DNA from: Planctomycetota bacterium
Lineage (GTDB): Bacteria > Planctomycetota > UBA11346
Length of the DNA: 64,000 nt
Assembly (NCBI GenBank): GCA_014193115.1
Contig: BJHQ01000005.1
Span: 50,982 to 114,981 of the forward strand
Reading direction: 5' to 3'
How positions within the stretch are numbered: the stretch's first letter is position 1; each line of letters opens with the position of its first letter. Shown piece by piece: positions 59,638-64,000 of the stretch. The translations under genes were made by a program, and so were the position numbers. The notes beneath the pieces are model-generated. The model saw only the letters and a list, made by a program, of their open reading frames with translations. It did not search any database and was not told the DNA's origin.

Positions 59638-61962
59638 GTGCGAGAGATCCTTCCTCCTGAAAAGCGGTTTGCCACGTCAACCCTGACGTTGCTGACGGAC
59701 CGGTTCATGACCTGGTTTATCATCATCGGCGGACTGTCGATCATCTTTGCCGTCTTCGGCATCCTGATCTTCATTTCGGCCGAAGTCCTGCCATTGTTCC
59801 GTTCTGCTTCGGTCACCGAGGGGAAATCGATCTCCATCCCCGACAAGGAGCATATCCTGCTCGGTGTCGATGAGTGGGGCGATCTGCCGTTCACCTTGGA
59901 TCGCAAGGGCGAGCTCCAGTTCCTCAACTTGGCCAAGGGCCAGCCGGGTGAACGGAAAATCCTCGACCTAGGCGGAACCACCATCTCGTCGAACGAATAC
60001 GACCCGCGCAAACAGCGCATCGCGATCGGCACCGAAGACGGCCGGTTCCTGTTGGCGACCGTCGCCTACACCTCGAATTTGGTCAAGAATGAACGGGGCG
60101 ATGGTCAACGGGAGGTCACTGGCGATGCCAAAATCGATTTGACCTTGCCGGTGGGCGTGGCCGGAAAGCCGATCATTGCCATATCCTACGGCGATTCCGG
60201 CGGCGACCGCCTGGCCGGTGTGATCCAGGAAGTCGACGGCAAACGTCAGGTCAATATCCTTCCCTTGATCAGCAAGAAAAAAGGTTTGGGCAAGGCAGCA
60301 ACCGTGACGGTGGGCGAGGTCTACGATCTCACCGCCGAAATCAAAGGCACGCCCGTTTCGATCAAGGTCGACGAGCGCGGTGAAAGCGCTCTGGTCGTCA
60401 CCAAGGAAGGAGAAGTCGAATACTTCTTCAAAAAGGAAGGCAAGTTCCTTCTCCGCCAACGCTTCAAGCCCTTCGAGGAAGTCGTCGATCCGGCCGGCCA
60501 GTCCATCGCCACCATGGATTTCGTCCTGGGCGATGTCTCACTGATCTTCACCAACCACCGCGGCCTGGTGCGGAAGTACAGCATCTTCCAAACCGGAGAA
60601 ACCGAAGGCGCTGACGCGATCCCGATCCGGAAATATGGAAAGGTGCTCGATTTCGCGGCGATGCCTGGCGACACCAAGGCGTTCGACGCGAGCACCCGGA
60701 ACAAGGTCTTCGTGGTCGCTGGCGACAAGTTCGCGGCCATGCTCCACGCGACTTCAGGAACCGTGCGGTGGCAGCAGCCCGTGCCCTATCAGGTCCAATC
60801 GGCCATCTTCAGCGGAAAGTTCGATAAATTGCTGCTGGCCGACAACGACAACCGGTTGCATAGCTTCGCCATCGACGATCCGCACCCCGAGGGCGGTCTG
60901 AACGCGGTCTTCGGCAAGGTCTGGTACGAAGGGCGCAGCGAACCGTCCTACGAATGGCAGTCATCCGGCGCCACTGATGATTTTGAACCCAAGCTGAGCC
61001 TGATTCCGCTGATTTTCGGTACTTTGAAAGGCACGATCTATGCCATGCTGATCTCGGTTCCTATCGCCCTGCTCGCGGCGATCTATGTCAGCGAGTTCAT
61101 GCACCCCAAGTTCAAGATGATCGTCAAGCCGTCGGTCGAGGTCATGGCCTCGCTGCCCTCGGTCGTGCTCGGATTCCTCGCCGCCCTTTGGATTGCGCCA
61201 CTCGTCGAGGACAAGGTTCCGTCGGTGATCGCGGTGCTGCTCACGCTTCCCATCGGCAGCATGATCATCGGATTCGTCTGGTCGCGGCTGCCTTCCAAAA
61301 CCCGCATCCTGGTGCCGCCTGGCCACGAGTTCCTCGCCTTCTTCCCGGTCCTGCTGGCCTTGCTGGTCTTCTCCTGGGTGGTCGTCGGGCCGATCCTCGA
61401 AAACACCATGTTCACCGTCAAATTGGCCGATGGCACCGTGATCGCGGATTTTCGCCTGTGGTGGTCGGACTGGCTCGGCAACAAGCCTGGATCCTTCGAA
61501 CAGCGCAACTCGCTGGTGGTCGGGGTGATCATGGGATTCGCCGTTATCCCGATCATCTTCACCATCGCCGAGGACAGCTTGTCCAATGTTCCCAAGGCCA
61601 TGCGTTCGGGTTCTCTGGCACTCGGCGCTAGCCGCTGGCAGACCGCCATCCGAGTGGTCCTGCCCACGGCCAGCCCTGGCATCTTCTCGGCGCTGATGAT
61701 CGGTCTCGGCCGGGCGATCGGCGAGACCATGATCGTGGTCATGGCCACCGGGAACACCGCGGTGATGGATTGGAATATCTTCAATGGCATGCGGACGCTC
61801 TCGGCGAACATTGCCGTCGAATTGCCCGAGGCGCCCCAGGCCAGCACTTTGTACCGCACGTTGTTCCTCGGTGCGGTCCTGCTCTTCCTGCTCACCTTCG
61901 TCATCAACACCGCGGCTGAGCTGCTCCGGCAGCACCTCCGCGAAAAGTACAAGACGGTCTGA
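59638..61962 (+). CDS. pstC: Phosphate ABC transporter permease PstC, long form with a ~440-aa N-terminal periplasmic extension
   Basis: The C-terminal ~300 aa form a PstC permease core (EAA-like region SLSNVPKAMRSGSLALGASRWQT). The N-terminal 440 aa after the first TM helix are soluble-like. Confidence 0.8.
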   Translation: MREILPPEKRFATSTLTLLTDRFMTWFIIIGGLSIIFAVFGILIFISAEVLPLFRSASVTEGKSISIPDKEHILLGVDEWGDLPFTLDRKGELQFLNLAKGQPGERKILDLGGTTISSNEYDPRKQRIAIGTEDGRFLLATVAYTSNLVKNERGDGQREVTGDAKIDLTLPVGVAGKPIIAISYGDSGGDRLAGVIQEVDGKRQVNILPLISKKKGLGKAATVTVGEVYDLTAEIKGTPVSIKVDERGESALVVTKEGEVEYFFKKEGKFLLRQRFKPFEEVVDPAGQSIATMDFVLGDVSLIFTNHRGLVRKYSIFQTGETEGADAIPIRKYGKVLDFAAMPGDTKAFDASTRNKVFVVAGDKFAAMLHATSGTVRWQQPVPYQVQSAIFSGKFDKLLLADNDNRLHSFAIDDPHPEGGLNAVFGKVWYEGRSEPSYEWQSSGATDDFEPKLSLIPLIFGTLKGTIYAMLISVPIALLAAIYVSEFMHPKFKMIVKPSVEVMASLPSVVLGFLAALWIAPLVEDKVPSVIAVLLTLPIGSMIIGFVWSRLPSKTRILVPPGHEFLAFFPVLLALLVFSWVVVGPILENTMFTVKLADGTVIADFRLWWSDWLGNKPGSFEQRNSLVVGVIMGFAVIPIIFTIAEDSLSNVPKAMRSGSLALGASRWQTAIRVVLPTASPGIFSALMIGLGRAIGETMIVVMATGNTAVMDWNIFNGMRTLSANIAVELPEAPQASTLYRTLFLGAVLLFLLTFVINTAAELLRQHLREKYKTV

Positions 61963-61965
61963 CCC

Positions 61966-63624
61966 ATGGCGGCATCGCCCGATCCCAAGGCCCTGACCAT
62001 CCCGACCCGCCGGTACGTTGCCGGCGAGCCGATGGTATGGCTCACCGCGATGGGGCTGACTCTCAGCCTCACCCTGGTCTTCTTCCTGCTCTGCGTCGTC
62101 GTCTGGAACGGCCTCGGCGTATTCTGGCCGAGCCGGGTGGTGGAATTCTCCGTCGACCAGGGCGGCAAGCGCGAGGTCTTTCTCGGCATCGAGATCAAGC
62201 GCCAGCTCAAGCGCGCTCCCGGCAAGGCCGGTGTGAACGAAATCCAGATTTTCACGGGCAACAAAGAAAACTATAACGGCCAAGCCTTCCAATACTTCGA
62301 TGTCTCGAGCATCACCACTCGCACGCCTGAGGGGGTTATGCTGGTCGAGCGGATGGAACGTGGACATGCCATCGGACAACCGGTCGAACTTCGGATCAAA
62401 GGTGAAGCGCCTCTGAAGGCCGATGACGCCAAATTCGATTCCCGCCTGGCGCAACTGATCAGCGAAGTCGGCCACCGCCGCGAAGAGATCAAGTCTTTTG
62501 AAAAAGGCGTGATTGGCCGCGGTGCCCAGGAGATGAAGGAGCTTGAAGACGAGAAACGGGCGATGGCCGCGACCAAGCGACTCGACCCGGCCCGTATCAA
62601 GCAGATCGACGAAAAGATCGCCGAGCTCAACAAGGATTTCACCGACAACCTTGATCCCAAGCGCAAAGCCCTGCGCGCCCAGCAGGATGACCATCAGCTG
62701 GTGCTCAAAATTGCCTCGGGCGAAGAAAAGGTCATTTCCCTTGGTGTGGTCATCGATACGGTTTATCCCAACAAACTCAGTGTCATCGGGCAGTTCGGAC
62801 GATTCCTGCGCAATGCCTTCCTGTTTGTCTGGGAGGATCCTCGGGAGGCCAATACCGAAGGTGGCATCTTCCCGGCCATCGTCGGCACGTTCGTGATGAC
62901 CATCCTGATGTCGGTCGCCGTGGTGCCGTTCGGGGTGCTGGCTGCGATCTACCTGCGCGAATACGCCAAGCAGGGTTTGTTCGTCCGCATCGTCCGGATC
63001 TCGGTGAACAACCTGGCTGGTGTGCCCTCAATTGTGTTCGGCGTCTTTGGCCTCGGATTTTTCGTCTACATCGTCGGCGGTTCGATCGACAGCTTCTTCT
63101 ATCCGGGTCGCCCAGATCCGGTGTTCGGTACCGGCGCCGTGCTCTGGGCCTCGCTCACCTTGGCGCTGATGACGGTTCCGGTGGTGATCGTCGCTACTGA
63201 GGAATCCATCGCCTCGGTGCCTCGCGGCATGCGCGAAGGCAGCCTGGCCTGCGGCGCGTCGAAATGGCAGACGATCCAACGTATCGTTCTCCCCGCATCG
63301 ATCCCCGGCATCCTGACCGGATTGATCCTGGCCATGGCCCGCGGTGCCGGCGAAGTCGCACCGCTGATGCTGGTGGGCGTGGTCAAACTGGCTCCGGCCC
63401 TGCCGGTTGGCGGAGATTTCCCCTTCTTGCATCTCGACTACAAGTTCATGCACTTGGGTTTCCATATCTATGATGTCGGATTCCAGTCGCCTGATTCCGA
63501 AGCCGCCAAGCCGATGGTCTTCGCCACCACTCTCGTGCTCATCCTGCTCGTCCTCGCCCTCAACCTGTCCGCCATCATGATCCGTGAACGGTTGCGCCGG
63601 AAGTACGCCACCGGCGCGTTCTGA
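61966..63624 (+). CDS. pstA: Phosphate ABC transporter permease PstA, long form with a ~250-aa insertion after TM1
   Basis: PstA core with EAA region VPRGMREGSLACGASKWQT. The inserted region has coiled-coil character (KELEDEKRAMAATKRLD...). Confidence 0.8.
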   Translation: MAASPDPKALTIPTRRYVAGEPMVWLTAMGLTLSLTLVFFLLCVVVWNGLGVFWPSRVVEFSVDQGGKREVFLGIEIKRQLKRAPGKAGVNEIQIFTGNKENYNGQAFQYFDVSSITTRTPEGVMLVERMERGHAIGQPVELRIKGEAPLKADDAKFDSRLAQLISEVGHRREEIKSFEKGVIGRGAQEMKELEDEKRAMAATKRLDPARIKQIDEKIAELNKDFTDNLDPKRKALRAQQDDHQLVLKIASGEEKVISLGVVIDTVYPNKLSVIGQFGRFLRNAFLFVWEDPREANTEGGIFPAIVGTFVMTILMSVAVVPFGVLAAIYLREYAKQGLFVRIVRISVNNLAGVPSIVFGVFGLGFFVYIVGGSIDSFFYPGRPDPVFGTGAVLWASLTLALMTVPVVIVATEESIASVPRGMREGSLACGASKWQTIQRIVLPASIPGILTGLILAMARGAGEVAPLMLVGVVKLAPALPVGGDFPFLHLDYKFMHLGFHIYDVGFQSPDSEAAKPMVFATTLVLILLVLALNLSAIMIRERLRRKYATGAF

Positions 63625-63647
63625 GATCACCAGGAACTCCACCAGCC

Positions 63648-64000
63648 ATGCCTGCTATGACCGCCAACGACATCAAAACCTCCGCGCCTTCCGTCGTCTC
63701 CCACGCGGCCGGCAGCGGCGCACCGGGCGTACCTGATTATATCTCGTGCCGGAACTACAGTTTCTATTACGGCCCAAACAAGGTCCTGCACGAGATCAGC
63801 CTGGACATCCCTGAGCGCCAGGTGACCGCCTTCATCGGCCCCTCGGGCTGCGGCAAATCGACCCTGCTGCGGAATTTCAACCGGATGAACGACTTGATCG
63901 ATGGCGTCCACCACGATGGCGACATCATCGTCAGCGGCCGGACCATCTACGATCCCCACCTGGAAGTCACCAGCCTGCGCAAGCGCATCGGGATGGTCTT
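63648..64000 (+). CDS. pstB: Phosphate ABC transporter ATP-binding protein PstB (C-terminus outside window)
   Basis: Walker A GPSGCGKST. N-terminal pattern CRNYSFYYGPNKVLHEISLDI is typical of PstB. Confidence 0.8.
   Translation, partial: MPAMTANDIKTSAPSVVSHAAGSGAPGVPDYISCRNYSFYYGPNKVLHEISLDIPERQVTAFIGPSGCGKSTLLRNFNRMNDLIDGVHHDGDIIVSGRTIYDPHLEVTSLRKRIGMV

Noticed and set aside
60961-62694. 577-aa and 393-aa minus-strand ORFs
   Set aside because: Antisense to pstC and pstA.

Overview
This is a high-GC (~67%) bacterial chromosomal window. The gene content is consistent with a myxobacterium-like organism, based on MYXO-CTERM-type Gly-Cys/TM/RRR tails, a Hanks-type kinase, a sigma-54 activator, several ECF sigma factors and a tRNA without encoded CCA. 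The phylum is not proven.

Housekeeping genes include a partial NUDIX hydrolase, pheS, recJ, an LpxL-family acyltransferase, mreB, glgB, pstS, long-form pstC and pstA, partial pstB and tRNA-Leu(UAA).

The accessory content is dominated by large secreted proteins.
- Two tandem paralogous metzincin (HEXXHXXGXXH) multi-domain proteins lie downstream of a membrane-anchored ECF sigma fusion. One carries a MYXO-CTERM-like tail; the other is a truncated copy.
- A 2668-aa metzincin-like, Calx-beta-rich protein has an AT-rich Fur-box-like palindrome in its promoter region. It is followed by an FGE-sulfatase-domain lipoprotein and an Ig-repeat protein with the same C-terminal tag.

Other notable items:
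- A bacterial homolog of the eukaryotic N-terminal glutamine amidase Ntaq1 (WDYHV) with an intact catalytic triad.
- A NitT/TauT-type ABC system with a frameshifted fused double permease and an ATPase fused to a PTS EIIA(Ntr)-like domain.
- An ECF sigma divergent from a cytoplasmic Ser/Thr kinase with no anti-sigma factor.
- Two ~160-bp direct repeats abutting tRNA-Leu, and a 20-bp x6 tandem minisatellite.
- A canonical intrinsic terminator.

No CRISPR array, transposase or integrase was seen.
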